Source: an uncultured Alphaproteobacteria bacterium (lineage in GTDB: Bacteria; Pseudomonadota; Alphaproteobacteria; CAAHEQ01; UBA3637). Taken from it: DNA of 64,000 bases. The notes beneath the pieces are model-generated. The model worked only from the letters and a program-made list of their open reading frames with translations. It ran no database searches and had not been told where the DNA came from. Position 1 is the stretch's first letter. The number at the start of each line of letters is the position of its first letter. A program made the translations under genes and the position numbers. Positions 1-9,626 of the stretch are shown one piece after another. The stretch lies in assembly GCA_947586835.1 (NCBI GenBank), contig CANPXT010000008.1, positions 443-64,442 on the forward strand. The letters run 5' to 3'.

Positions 1-1234
1 GCAAACGTTGTTTGTCATCTTTATACCGTTTTTGCAGAGATTGCATGTGCGGTTGCAGTTTGCGCATTTTTGCCATACTTTCATACGATTTTGTGGCAAT
101 CGGCAATAACAAAGCGCGAATGATGGTTGCAAAAACAATAATGGCAATGCCCATATTTCCCAAAAAGGCATAGAGCCAATTCAAAATATATAAGAAAGGC
201 TTTGTCAAAAAGTAAAACCAACCGAAATCAATGGTTAAATCAAATTTCGGTATTTGATAACGCGATTGATAATCATTCAGTAAGTCAATGGTTTTAGCGC
301 CGGCAAACGTTCGTGACGTATGCAGATAAGTTTGAGCCGGATCGATGGTAACGGTATCCCCCGTAAACACGGCTTTGTAAAGATTGGCTTCCGGCTTTTC
401 AAAACGAATTATTCCTTTTTCGTTTGAATCCAAAATAAGGGCTGTTTGCCAATATTTATCGGTTATGCCGAACCAGCCGCCTTTCGTTACATGTGAAATA
501 TTTTCTTTTTCAACGTCCGTATATTTTTCTTCAATTAATCTGTCTTTTGCAACAGCAAGAAAACCTTCATGCACATTTGTCATTTTAGGCAATGTTTCCA
601 GTCTTCGTGTAATTTCACCGCTGAAAAACACAGAAATCGGCATATCGGTTAAATTGGTAATTTTATCAACGCTTGAAAGCATATAGTTATCATCAAGTGT
701 TAATTGTCGTTCAATTTTAACAAATTCGTTTTCGCCCGTTAAAACAATCGGATGATTAGGTGTTAATATCTGGTTATCTGTTGGGTGCAGATACAGCGTC
801 GGTACCGGCGTATTCGTTCCGTTCCAACGTGTTTGGGTATAATAATCCCGATTGAGTAATGTAACGAAGGGACTGCCTTTTTTTGTTGTTTCTTTATATT
901 TTAATAATTCGGCATCGGAAATGCGTCCTTGTTGCACATTAAACTTGCCTTTTAATGCTGCATTTTGAATGTCAATTGTTTGTGTAATGTTTTCAGGTGT
1001 GACAGAATCCGGTTGCTCATTTTGATTCGGGGTAGCGAAAGAGCCTTGTTCAAGCGTTTGCGCCGGTTGTATCGGTTGAACGGATTGAGCGGACAAGGCG
1101 GTTTCTTGTGAAGGCGTGACCGATTTATGTTCGGAAGACGGAAAAAGCGCGTCCATTCCGAATAAAATAAGCATCGTTAATAAAGCAGCGATGAATAAAT
1201 TGCGTTTTTCCGTTATATCTGTTTCTTTTTTCAT
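1..1234 (-). CDS. yidC: Membrane protein insertase YidC (5' part; runs off the window start)
   Basis: Manual translation from ATG 1234: [26 protein letters not shown]...[36 protein letters not shown]...[14 protein letters not shown]; conserved rpmH-rnpA-yidD-yidC order. Confidence 0.95.
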   Translation of the reverse strand, partial: MKKETDITEKRNLFIAALLTMLILFGMDALFPSSEHKSVTPSQETALSAQSVQPIQPAQTLEQGSFATPNQNEQPDSVTPENITQTIDIQNAALKGKFNVQQGRISDAELLKYKETTKKGSPFVTLLNRDYYTQTRWNGTNTPVPTLYLHPTDNQILTPNHPIVLTGENEFVKIERQLTLDDNYMLSSVDKITNLTDMPISVFFSGEITRRLETLPKMTNVHEGFLAVAKDRLIEEKYTDVEKENISHVTKGGWFGITDKYWQTALILDSNEKGIIRFEKPEANLYKAVFTGDTVTIDPAQTYLHTSRTFAGAKTIDLLNDYQSRYQIPKFDLTIDFGWFYFLTKPFLYILNWLYAFLGNMGIAIIVFATIIRALLLPIATKSYESMAKMRKLQPHMQSLQKRYKDDKQRL

Positions 1235-1530
1235 TTATTTTCCTTTTGTTTCGGTGGAACGGGATCATAACCGAATCCGCCCCACGGGTGACAGCTTAAA
1301 ATTCGTTTAGTTGTTAAGATAGCACCTTTTCGTATTCCATGCAACAAAAAAGCTTCACGTGCATAGGCAGAACAAGTTGGTGTATAGCGACAACAGGTCG
1401 GTTTTAAAGGGGATAACACTTTCTGATACAGCCATATTAAAGCTAAGGCTGTTGTCAAAACACATTTTTGCATGGAATACCGAAGAGCTGATAAAAAGGG
1501 TTCGTTTTTCGAAAAAAATAATTTTTTCAT
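1231..1530 (-). CDS. yidD: Membrane protein insertion efficiency factor YidD
   Basis: [18 protein letters not shown]...[17 protein letters not shown] motif; lies between rnpA and yidC. Confidence 0.95.
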   Translation of the reverse strand: MKKLFFSKNEPFLSALRYSMQKCVLTTALALIWLYQKVLSPLKPTCCRYTPTCSAYAREAFLLHGIRKGAILTTKRILSCHPWGGFGYDPVPPKQKENK

Positions 1531-1919
1531 TGATTTTCTCCTTCTTTTTTCGGCTTTTTCGGCTCTTCCAATGATTTTAAAAATTGATTTAAAATATACA
1601 GTACATCATTTTTCAATAACTCAAAGGGTCTGTCAAGAGTTGTGTTTCGCCCGATGAAAACATAATCGTATCCTTTGGGGGCTGCGGGTATAAAAAACAA
1701 ACGCGCGATTTCTCGCATTCGCCGTCGAATGCGATTTCGAATAACGGCTTTTCCCAATTTTTTCGTAGTCGTAAAGCCGATTCGACTTATTTTTAAATTA
1801 TTCGGAACAGCTTGAAATAACAGACCTACTGCACGAAACTTACGGCCATTATTGGCTGCGCGCAAAAAATCTTTGCGGTTACGAATGCGAATCGGTAATG
1901 AAAATGATTTTTCGGGCAT
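1527..1919 (-). CDS. rnpA: Ribonuclease P protein component
   Basis: [22 protein letters not shown] (RNR motif). Confidence 0.95.
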   Translation of the reverse strand: MPEKSFSLPIRIRNRKDFLRAANNGRKFRAVGLLFQAVPNNLKISRIGFTTTKKLGKAVIRNRIRRRMREIARLFFIPAAPKGYDYVFIGRNTTLDRPFELLKNDVLYILNQFLKSLEEPKKPKKEGENQ

Positions 1920-2026
1920 TTGTTCCTCTGAAAAATGAAAGTGTCTTTTCCGTTTTTATTAAAAAAAGGAACGGAGTCTCATATCGCGTCCCTTTATTTA
2001 AAATCTTTACACGCCTGTTATTTCTT

Positions 2027-2161
2027 TTAAGCGCTTAAAACTTTACGACCTTTCCGCCGACGAGCATTTAAAACTTTACGACCGCCCAATGTTGCCATTC
2101 TGGCGCGAAAGCCGTGCCGACGCGTGCGAACAAGTTTGCTCGGTTGATATGTACGTTTCAT
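2027..2161 (-). CDS. rpmH: 50S ribosomal protein L34
   Basis: Not in the ORF track; manual translation [44 protein letters not shown]. Confidence 0.97.
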   Translation of the reverse strand: MKRTYQPSKLVRTRRHGFRARMATLGGRKVLNARRRKGRKVLSA

Positions 2162-2434
2162 TGTCTTTCTCCATTTATAACGGTTATCATTTTACCAGTT
2201 GCATTTCACATTAAAGGTAGTTTTTTATACTTGTTTTTTTTATAAAAGTCAAGTGTTTTTTTCTTCTGTTCTATATTTTTTTTATTTTATTGAAAAAAAA
2301 GAATTTATTTTACAATATTTTTTTCTTCGAATCGATTGCTTTCAAAATTTTGTTATTATGAGCGATTAAAACACATTTTGATGAACCCTCTTTTGTCGGA
2401 AGAAGGGCGTTAGTTCAAAAAAATCAAGACTGTT

Positions 2435-3412
2435 TTATCGATTTTGTGGAAAATGTTTTTGATAAAGAGCCCAAGTTGATAAAATAATATTATCCAATGC
2501 GCTGTGTGTCGGTGTCCAACCGAGTAACGTGTGTGCTTTATGGGCAACAGCGGTTAATTGTGCCGGATCGCCCGGGCGTCTGGGGGCATTTTCGTGAGGA
2601 AAGGGCTTGATTAAAGCTTCGGTGCGTTTGACCATTTCCAAAACGCTGTGTCCGGTTTCGGTTCCTAAATTTAACACTTGGCTTTTGTGTTCTTTCAACA
2701 AATAATTTAAAGCCGAAACATGAGCCGTTGCCAAATCGGATACATGAATATAATCGCGAATGCATGTGCCGTCCGGAGTATCGTAATCTGTGCCGAAAAT
2801 AAGCATTTTTTCTCGAATGCCGACAATGGTTTCCATGATAATGGGCAATAAGTTTTGCGGATTTTTTTCTAACCCTTGAACGGTGCCGGTTTCATCGTAT
2901 CCGACAGCATTAAAGTAGCGCAGGGCAATGAATTTAATGTCTTTTAAGCGATCATACCATTCCAAAAAGCGCTCAATTTCCAATTTTGTAAAGCCGTAAA
3001 AATTAATGGGATTGACCGGATGCGCTTCATCGACTTTCGTATATTGCGGCGTACCGTAAACCGCGGCAGATGAGGAAAATACAATGTTTTTCACATTTTT
3101 TTTCGCCATGGCATTTAATAAATTCAAGGTTCCGGTTATGTTATTGGTGGCATATATTTCAGGCAATGTCATCGATTCGCCGACGGCTTTTTTGGCGGCT
3201 AAATGAATAACGCCGTCAACATCGGTCAAGGCTTCTTCCAACGCTTTTTCATTCAGAATGGTATTTTCAACAAATTCAATCTGTGGAAAAAGGTTGATTT
3301 TCTGTCCTGTTGATAAATCATCATACACGCGAACGGAAATACCTGCATTTAATAGGGCTTTTACGACATGTGCACCGATATATCCGGCACCGCCGACAAC
3401 CAAGATTTTCAT
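2435..3412 (-). CDS. galE: UDP-glucose 4-epimerase
   Basis: GGAGYIG Rossmann motif, FSSSAAVYG, YGFTK, LRYFN, DGTCIRDYIHV. Confidence 0.95.
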   Translation of the reverse strand: MKILVVGGAGYIGAHVVKALLNAGISVRVYDDLSTGQKINLFPQIEFVENTILNEKALEEALTDVDGVIHLAAKKAVGESMTLPEIYATNNITGTLNLLNAMAKKNVKNIVFSSSAAVYGTPQYTKVDEAHPVNPINFYGFTKLEIERFLEWYDRLKDIKFIALRYFNAVGYDETGTVQGLEKNPQNLLPIIMETIVGIREKMLIFGTDYDTPDGTCIRDYIHVSDLATAHVSALNYLLKEHKSQVLNLGTETGHSVLEMVKRTEALIKPFPHENAPRRPGDPAQLTAVAHKAHTLLGWTPTHSALDNIILSTWALYQKHFPQNR

Positions 3413-3413
3413 A

Positions 3414-4016
3414 TTATTTATCTCCCGTTAAGTTTTGAGCGGCAAACTCCCAGTTTAACAGATTGTTTATCACGTTTTGCAGATAAGCGGCTCTGTTATT
3501 TTGCGTATCCAAATAATAGGCATGTTCCCATACGTCAATGGTAAGTAACGGCTTTTGATTGCCGTTTGTGAGAGGTGTTTGTGCGTTTGATGTTGAAAGA
3601 ATTGAGAGTTTATCGTTTTCCGTAACCAGCCAGACCCAACCGCTTCCGAATTGAGACAATCCTTTTGCTTGAAGCTGATTTTTTAATTCATCGACCGAGC
3701 CGAAATCGCGTTCGATTAAAATTTTTAATTTTTCGGGAACGGGTGAGGCGGCGGGTTTTAAGCTTTGCCAATAAAATTGATGATTCCAAACCTGTGCGGC
3801 ATTGTTAAAAAGAGTTTGATAAGACGAATCGCTTGCCGCCGTTAAAATAATTTCTTCCAGCGATTTATTTTCCAAATCGGTATTATAAATCAGCTCATTT
3901 GTTTTTTGCACATAGCCGGCGTGATGCTTATGATAATGAAATTGAACGGTTTTTTCGCTGATAACGGGTGCCAGCGCATTTTCCGCATACGGCAGATTTT
4001 GTAATTGAACAGTCAT
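3414..4016 (-). CDS. sodB: Fe/Mn superoxide dismutase
   Basis: HYHKHH, FNNAAQVWNH, FGSGWVWL, DVWEHAYY. Confidence 0.93.
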   Translation of the reverse strand: MTVQLQNLPYAENALAPVISEKTVQFHYHKHHAGYVQKTNELIYNTDLENKSLEEIILTAASDSSYQTLFNNAAQVWNHQFYWQSLKPAASPVPEKLKILIERDFGSVDELKNQLQAKGLSQFGSGWVWLVTENDKLSILSTSNAQTPLTNGNQKPLLTIDVWEHAYYLDTQNNRAAYLQNVINNLLNWEFAAQNLTGDK

Positions 4017-4156
4017 TTTTTCTCCTTTTCTAAAAATAATTATAGCGTTTTTAAAGATAATGCAAGATAAAAAATTTGCGAGATAAAAAAAAGTTATAAA
4101 TATGCAAAAAATGCTTGCAATTTTGTCAGGAATCTGATAAGTTAAACTAAATTTAT

Positions 4157-4242
4157 GCGGTTATGGCGGAATTGGTAGACGCTCAGCGTTGAGGTCGCTG
4201 TGGAGAATATCCGTGGAAGTTCGAGTCTTCTTAACCGCACCA
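4157..4242 (+). tRNA. tRNA-Leu(GAG)
   Basis: GCGGTTA acceptor stem; anticodon arm CAGCG-TTGAGGT-CGCTG; long variable arm; GTTCGAGTC T-loop; encoded CCA. Confidence 0.96.
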
Positions 4243-4349
4243 AAAGAACAGATGCTTGTAAAGTGTCTGTTTTTTTTATGCATAAAATTGATTGTTTTTA
4301 TCGAATATATTAATATTTTTCAATTTTTTTAAAGCTATTAAAAAAAGTA

Positions 4350-4378
4350 TTGCAAGAAAACGCATATTTATGTATAAT
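4350..4378 (+). promoter_or_regulatory. Sigma70-type promoter TTGCAA-N17-TATAAT (copy 1)
   Basis: Near-consensus boxes with 17 bp spacer; duplicated at 5782-5810. Confidence 0.75.
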
Positions 4379-4411
4379 AAAAGCAGTCATAAGCAAAAAA
4401 GGAGTTTTAAA

Positions 4412-5629
4412 ATGGCTGGAGAACATGTAGTTAAATCTAATGATCATGAAGTATGGTATAGTAGTGATACCGGTGTTTCTATCAGGGAAAGAGTGGGTAA
4501 TACAATCGTTACTTATAATGATCACACCGGAAATGTTGAAACGATTTCCGTTCGTATTCCGAAATTCAATAATACGGACGCGGAGAAAGACGTTTATCTT
4601 TACCTTGAACCGAATACTGCTGATTTTCGCGAGGCTGAGGAACGGGTTGCTTCCCAACTTACTAAACGAATGAAAAATGCGAATTGGCCGAAATTAGAAA
4701 AAACTATGGATGCCTCGGCGTTTCGAGAATTGAAAGAGCGCTATGATACAGAACTCCGTAAGGAGGAAGAAGCCCGTAAGAAAGGAGTAGGGCTTGAAAC
4801 GAATTCCGAAAATAAAGAAAATGTCATATCGGCATCAAAGAAAAGCAAACGGGAATATAAATATAATGAGTTTGGGGGTATTCAAAGCGAAAGTCTGGAG
4901 GGTATAACGCTGGAGTTTGATGAATTTGGAAAGCCGATCAATGGAGCCATTCAGATACCGTTCAATCCTGACGGAAATAACCCCGGAGGGAGTGGTGCTC
5001 CGATCATTTTTTCATGCGATGGAAATGGAATCTATGATCTTGTAGTAAAAAATTTCCCTTCTCCGAATTATAATCGAATGCATAATACTGATTGGGGCAA
5101 ATTAGAAGAATATGCAAAGGCAAACGGAGAGGAAAAAAAGCTTAAAGAAGCGCAGGAACGTTATGAAGAAGGCAAACCCGGCTTGGTAGAGAGAGCGAGA
5201 GTGAATGTCGAAGAAGCTGTCGAAAAGGGCAAAGAAATGTACAACAAAAATATTGCTTCCGGTTTAAAAAGTATTGCTTTCGGTTTAAAAGAAATGGGTA
5301 ATGATCTCAAACAGCTTGTTAGCGGTGACGAAAAGGAACAGCTTGTTAGCGGTGGTAACAAGGAGAATCAGCCCGACAGTAGTGGCAAGAATCAGACTCC
5401 GAGTAATGGTAATTCCGGCGGTGACGGAATCAAAAACATACTTAGACACAGTCAGGAGATTACATATTTGGAAGCGTTGAGGCTGCCTGAAGAAAGAACA
5501 ACAGTTCAGTCTACCGATGATCACAACGGCACGCTTAAACAGAACAGTGGCGGACGCGTTCCTGATCCTTCCCAAGAAGATCCCGAAGCCTTACAGAAGC
5601 TCGTGAATGCATCCTATAAGCAAAAATGA
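4412..5629 (+). CDS. Hypothetical protein, tandem paralog A
   Basis: ATG 4412 follows an AAGGAG RBS; strongly similar to 5845..7245; hydrophilic, low-complexity C-terminus. Confidence 0.85.
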   Translation: MAGEHVVKSNDHEVWYSSDTGVSIRERVGNTIVTYNDHTGNVETISVRIPKFNNTDAEKDVYLYLEPNTADFREAEERVASQLTKRMKNANWPKLEKTMDASAFRELKERYDTELRKEEEARKKGVGLETNSENKENVISASKKSKREYKYNEFGGIQSESLEGITLEFDEFGKPINGAIQIPFNPDGNNPGGSGAPIIFSCDGNGIYDLVVKNFPSPNYNRMHNTDWGKLEEYAKANGEEKKLKEAQERYEEGKPGLVERARVNVEEAVEKGKEMYNKNIASGLKSIAFGLKEMGNDLKQLVSGDEKEQLVSGGNKENQPDSSGKNQTPSNGNSGGDGIKNILRHSQEITYLEALRLPEERTTVQSTDDHNGTLKQNSGGRVPDPSQEDPEALQKLVNASYKQK

Positions 5630-5673
5630 ATGAATAATGGCAATGAATAATTTTTAATTAAATTTGCTCTTTT

Positions 5674-5706
5674 ATCCGCTCTTGTTTATCGAGAGCGGAT
5701 TTTTTT
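5674..5706 (+). terminator. Intrinsic terminator (copy 1)
   Basis: ATCCGCTCT-loop-AGAGCGGAT plus T-run; identical copy at 7262-7294. Confidence 0.8.
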
Positions 5707-5781
5707 ATTGTTTTTTATCAATATTCTTAATACGGATATATTAATATTTTTCAATTTTTTTAAGGTTTTTTAAAAAAAGCA

Positions 5782-5810
5782 TTGCAAAAAAACGCATATT
5801 TATGTATAAT
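5782..5810 (+). promoter_or_regulatory. Sigma70-type promoter TTGCAA-N17-TATAAT (copy 2)
   Basis: Duplicate of 4350-4378. Confidence 0.75.
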
Positions 5811-5844
5811 AGAGCAGTCATAAGCAAAAAAAAGGAGTTTTAAA

Positions 5845-7245
5845 ATGGCTGAAAAACATGAAATTAAATCTAATGATCATGAAGTATGGTATAGTGATAA
5901 CGGTGTTGTTATCGAGGAAAGAGTGGGTTGTGCAATCGTTACTTATGATGAGCGCACCGGAAATGTTGACGATATTGTAATTAGTGTTCCGCAATATGGG
6001 AAAACAGAAGATGGGAAGGAACAATTCATGTCTTATAGCCTTTCACCGGATACTGTGGCTTTTCGCAAGGCTGAGGAACGGGTTACTTCCAAACTTAGTA
6101 AACGAATGGAAAAGGCTGATTGGCCGAAATTAGAAAAATCTATGAATGCCTCGGCGTTTCGAGAATTGAAAGAACGCTATGATACAGAACTCCGTAAGGA
6201 TGAAGAAGCTCGTAAGAAAAAAGAAGCCTTTAAGGAAGAATTAAAAAAATTAGGGCTTGAAACGAATTCCGAAAGTGAAGAAAATGTCGAATCGGCACCA
6301 AAGAAACGCAAACGGGAATATAAATATAATGAGTTTGGGGGTATTCAAAGCGAAAGTCTGGATGGTATAACGCTGGAGTTTGATGAATTTGGAAAGCCGA
6401 TCGGAGGAACCATTGAGATACCGTTCAATCCTGACGGAAATAACCCCGGAGGGAGTGGTGCTCCGATTCTTTTTTCATGCGATGGAAATGGATTATCTAA
6501 TGTTTCAGTAAATCTTTCAAAAAATCCTCCACTTTCTCAAAGAGTAGGAAAAGGCTATGACCAACGACTGGCAGATTTGTTTTCTTCATCAGAGTATAAG
6601 CGTATGCATAATACTGATTGGAAAAAATTAGAAAAATATGCAAAGGAAACAGGAAGGGAAAAAGAGTTTCAAGACGCGCAGAAACGCTATGAAGAAGACA
6701 AACCCGACTGGATATGGAGAGTGAAAGTGAATACCGAAGAAGCTGTCGAAAATGTCGAAGAAACGTATGATAAGACCAAAGAATTCTACAACAAAAATAT
6801 TAAGCCGGGTTTAAAAGAAATTGCTAATGATCTCAAACAGCTTGTTAGCGGTGACGAAAAGGAACAGCCCGACAGTAGCAAAGAGAACCAGTCTCTTAGC
6901 GACGGCAAATCCGGCGGTAGCGAAAGTAAACAGCCGTCTGAGAGCGATGGTAAATCCGGCGGTAGCGAAAGTAAACAGCCGTCTGAGAGCAATGGCAATT
7001 CCGGCGGTAGCGAAAGTAAACAGCCGTCTGAGAGCAATGGCAATTCCGGCGGTAGCGAAAGTAAACAGCCGTCTGAGAGCAATGATAATTCCGGCAATGG
7101 CGGAATCAATAACACACTTGAAAAGAGTGGTGATAAACTCGTGAAAGCATACTTGGATGAGTTGAAGAAGTATGAAGATCAAATAGACAAGATGAATGAT
7201 AATGGCAAAAAAATAGTGAATAATAATAATAGTGGCAGAGATTAA
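5845..7245 (+). CDS. Hypothetical protein, tandem paralog B, with 15-aa Ser/Gly-rich repeats
   Basis: AAGGAG RBS; shares KSNDHEVWYS, WPKLEK.M.ASAFRELKERYDTELRK and REYKYNEFGGIQSESL.GITLEFDEFGKPI with paralog A. Confidence 0.88.
   Translation: MAEKHEIKSNDHEVWYSDNGVVIEERVGCAIVTYDERTGNVDDIVISVPQYGKTEDGKEQFMSYSLSPDTVAFRKAEERVTSKLSKRMEKADWPKLEKSMNASAFRELKERYDTELRKDEEARKKKEAFKEELKKLGLETNSESEENVESAPKKRKREYKYNEFGGIQSESLDGITLEFDEFGKPIGGTIEIPFNPDGNNPGGSGAPILFSCDGNGLSNVSVNLSKNPPLSQRVGKGYDQRLADLFSSSEYKRMHNTDWKKLEKYAKETGREKEFQDAQKRYEEDKPDWIWRVKVNTEEAVENVEETYDKTKEFYNKNIKPGLKEIANDLKQLVSGDEKEQPDSSKENQSLSDGKSGGSESKQPSESDGKSGGSESKQPSESNGNSGGSESKQPSESNGNSGGSESKQPSESNDNSGNGGINNTLEKSGDKLVKAYLDELKKYEDQIDKMNDNGKKIVNNNNSGRD
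6910..7095 (+). repeat. 45-bp in-frame tandem repeat, 4 copies (SGGSESKQPSESxGx)
   Basis: TCCGGCGGTAGCGAAAGTAAACAGCCGTCTGAGAGC at 6910, 6955, 7000, 7045. Confidence 0.95.
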
Positions 7246-7261
7246 TTAAATTCGCTCTTTT

Positions 7262-7294
7262 ATCCGCTCTTGTTTATCGAGAGCGGATTTTTTT
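7262..7294 (+). terminator. Intrinsic terminator (copy 2)
   Basis: Same hairpin and T-run as 5674-5706. Confidence 0.8.
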
Positions 7295-7731
7295 ATTGTT
7301 TCTTATCAATATCCTTCGGGGGGTATACGTTTTGCTTTTCAACGGTGCAATATTTAAAAAATAATGTTTTTTAAAGAGATATACGGCAATTGTAAATCAT
7401 AAAATCGACGACGGGCAGAACGGCTTTTCTTGAGTTTCCGTTCCTGCCCGCCTGTTTTTGATTATATTTTTTACAAATTTAAAAGCTGATATTAAAAAAT
7501 TCCCCGATTCTGCCTCTGCTTGTTCATAAAATGAATATTCTTTTGAAATCAATATCATAAACAAAAAATGGCGTTTTTTCCAAAAAAAATGTTGCATTAT
7601 TTAACCCTTTGTTTTATAATAACTCTGCGGGAGTTTCTCTCGATTGTAAAATAAGGTAAACAAAACCTTAATAATATTGTGTTTTTAGGCTCGGGGAGCT
7701 TTAAAAACAACTTAAATGAAAGGATATTAAA

Positions 7732-8220
7732 ATGATGAAAAGAACAAACGAATCCGGTCGGTCAATGGTAGAAATGCTCGGTGTTTTGGCCATTATCGGT
7801 GTGTTGTCCATCGGCGCTATTGCAGGTTATTCTATGGCAATGAACCGCTATCGTGCCAATGAAACTTTGGATATAGCTGCCAAATATGCGGTTGTGTTGT
7901 TTTCCGCCAAACAAAAAAGTTTAGCATTTGGCACAAATGATGAAACACCTAACTTAAAAACAGCCGGATTAAATACAAAGGAAGGTAGCGATAGCACAAC
8001 ACCCGGCGGCTCATTAATTGCCAAAGATAAAGTGAGGTTTTCATCAAACGGCAGCGGCGTTCAACTTGAAATCAGTTTCCCGTCGGAAGGGGTTTGTAAT
8101 GCTGCCACAAGCATTTTGGGTATCGGTACGACGGAAGAGGCTGTGTTTACCGATTGTAAACATAAATCTTCTTGCAATGTGAGCGGCGGAACCATTCAAT
8201 ATTGCTTTAAACAAAGCTAA
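7732..8220 (+). CDS. Type IV pilin-like protein (prepilin N-terminal domain)
   Basis: Short leader MMKRTNESG|RSMVEMLGVLAIIGVLSIGAIAGY with E at +5; hydrophobic helix; C-terminal cysteines. Confidence 0.8.
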   Translation: MMKRTNESGRSMVEMLGVLAIIGVLSIGAIAGYSMAMNRYRANETLDIAAKYAVVLFSAKQKSLAFGTNDETPNLKTAGLNTKEGSDSTTPGGSLIAKDKVRFSSNGSGVQLEISFPSEGVCNAATSILGIGTTEEAVFTDCKHKSSCNVSGGTIQYCFKQS

Positions 8221-8474
8221 ACGGCTTTGTTTTTTTAGCACCTGAATTTCAGGTAAAAAACATAAAACGGGTAAAACGATTTGTTTAAAATTTTCGTTTT
8301 ACCCGCTGTTTTTTTGCTTTTTTTTCAAAACTGTTCGTTGTTTTTTTGATAAATTTAAAAGAAAAAAAATATTTTTGTCATATTTTTCTTTACTTTTTTA
8401 AAAAAATGTGTATAATCATATAACAATGATGTATATCATCAAATAATTATGGCAACCGGAAAGGAGACTTTTAT

Positions 8475-9626
8475 ATGAACAGTAAAAGATTTTTACTCAA
8501 TAAAATTCAATGGGCTCGTCAACAAGAAGACAAAAAGCTTGCGTTATTAGATATTATTGCGCCGACATCTGCCGTTCAGCCGATTTTGCAAGAAAAATTT
8601 CAGAAAGTGACACAATGGGCTTTTAACCATACGTCCGAATTTTGGAATGTGCTGGACGATATTTCTCAAAAATATCCTGCTGTTCAGCAAGAAATGCTTC
8701 AACGCTTGCCTTCCTCCGGTAAAGATATAATTATGCAGGGTATTAAAAACAGTAATCCCTGTGCTTACGTCTGTGCCTTGGGATCATCCGATACGGCCAC
8801 GCTTTTAGCTTATTTCGGTATTTGGAGTAAAGATCAGTATGATCAATATCGCGGAGCACAAAAACAAATAGAGCAAATTAAAAAAGATACGGCAACCAAA
8901 GTTGCTCAAAAATTTATGGACGAACACGAAAATATATTTCCGATTGTGTTTCATATCAATGAATTTGAAGGATTCGATGAAACATGTGACTATTTAACCA
9001 AAAAAGGTGTTTATCTTAAACCGGATTATCAAACACTTCATCTGTTTTATGAGATGCGCGATTATTTAAAACTTGTTTTAGAATTAAATTTGGTTTACGC
9101 AAGTAATCGCTATGAGTTAGACGATTTTTTGCCCCCCGTTCACGATTGGATGTCGCACGGAAAAAATGAGGCTGTTAAAATGGCGCTGAAAAATACGGTT
9201 TTAATTATGCATAAAGAAATTACGGAAGATGAATATGACAGTCTTTATACCACCGCCATGACTTTATCAATCGACGGATTATTAAAATCATCGGCCGTTT
9301 TAGCGCAACATGTTGCCGAAAATGAAACACCGGACGGTATTCGCGCCTATTTGTTGTGCACTGATTTCAGTCGTGTTTTTAATGATAATTTAACCATGTT
9401 GAACGAACAACAACATAATGAGGAAGTCGGTTCCTTAATTGAAAGTACGCGCGCTTTTTTAAGAACATATTCAAACAATAAAGAATGGAATAACGAATGG
9501 ATGAAATGGTATGATAATTGCACAAAATCGCTTTATATGGCGTGCATGAATAAACCTCAAATGATTGCGCGACAAAATATTAATAAAATCAATAATGATA
9601 ATCAAAAAGGAAGAACACGTGAGTAA
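8475..9626 (+). CDS. Hypothetical protein
   Basis: 383-aa ORF with AAGGAG RBS; no recognised motif. Confidence 0.8.
   Translation: MNSKRFLLNKIQWARQQEDKKLALLDIIAPTSAVQPILQEKFQKVTQWAFNHTSEFWNVLDDISQKYPAVQQEMLQRLPSSGKDIIMQGIKNSNPCAYVCALGSSDTATLLAYFGIWSKDQYDQYRGAQKQIEQIKKDTATKVAQKFMDEHENIFPIVFHINEFEGFDETCDYLTKKGVYLKPDYQTLHLFYEMRDYLKLVLELNLVYASNRYELDDFLPPVHDWMSHGKNEAVKMALKNTVLIMHKEITEDEYDSLYTTAMTLSIDGLLKSSAVLAQHVAENETPDGIRAYLLCTDFSRVFNDNLTMLNEQQHNEEVGSLIESTRAFLRTYSNNKEWNNEWMKWYDNCTKSLYMACMNKPQMIARQNINKINNDNQKGRTRE

Noticed and set aside
2162-2434. Possible oriC/dnaA region upstream of rpmH
   Set aside because: No dnaA gene and no TTATCCACA-type boxes seen; galE lies upstream instead
6910-7095. 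Regular repeats resembling a CRISPR array
   Set aside because: Head-to-tail in-frame 45-bp units with no unique spacers; no cas genes
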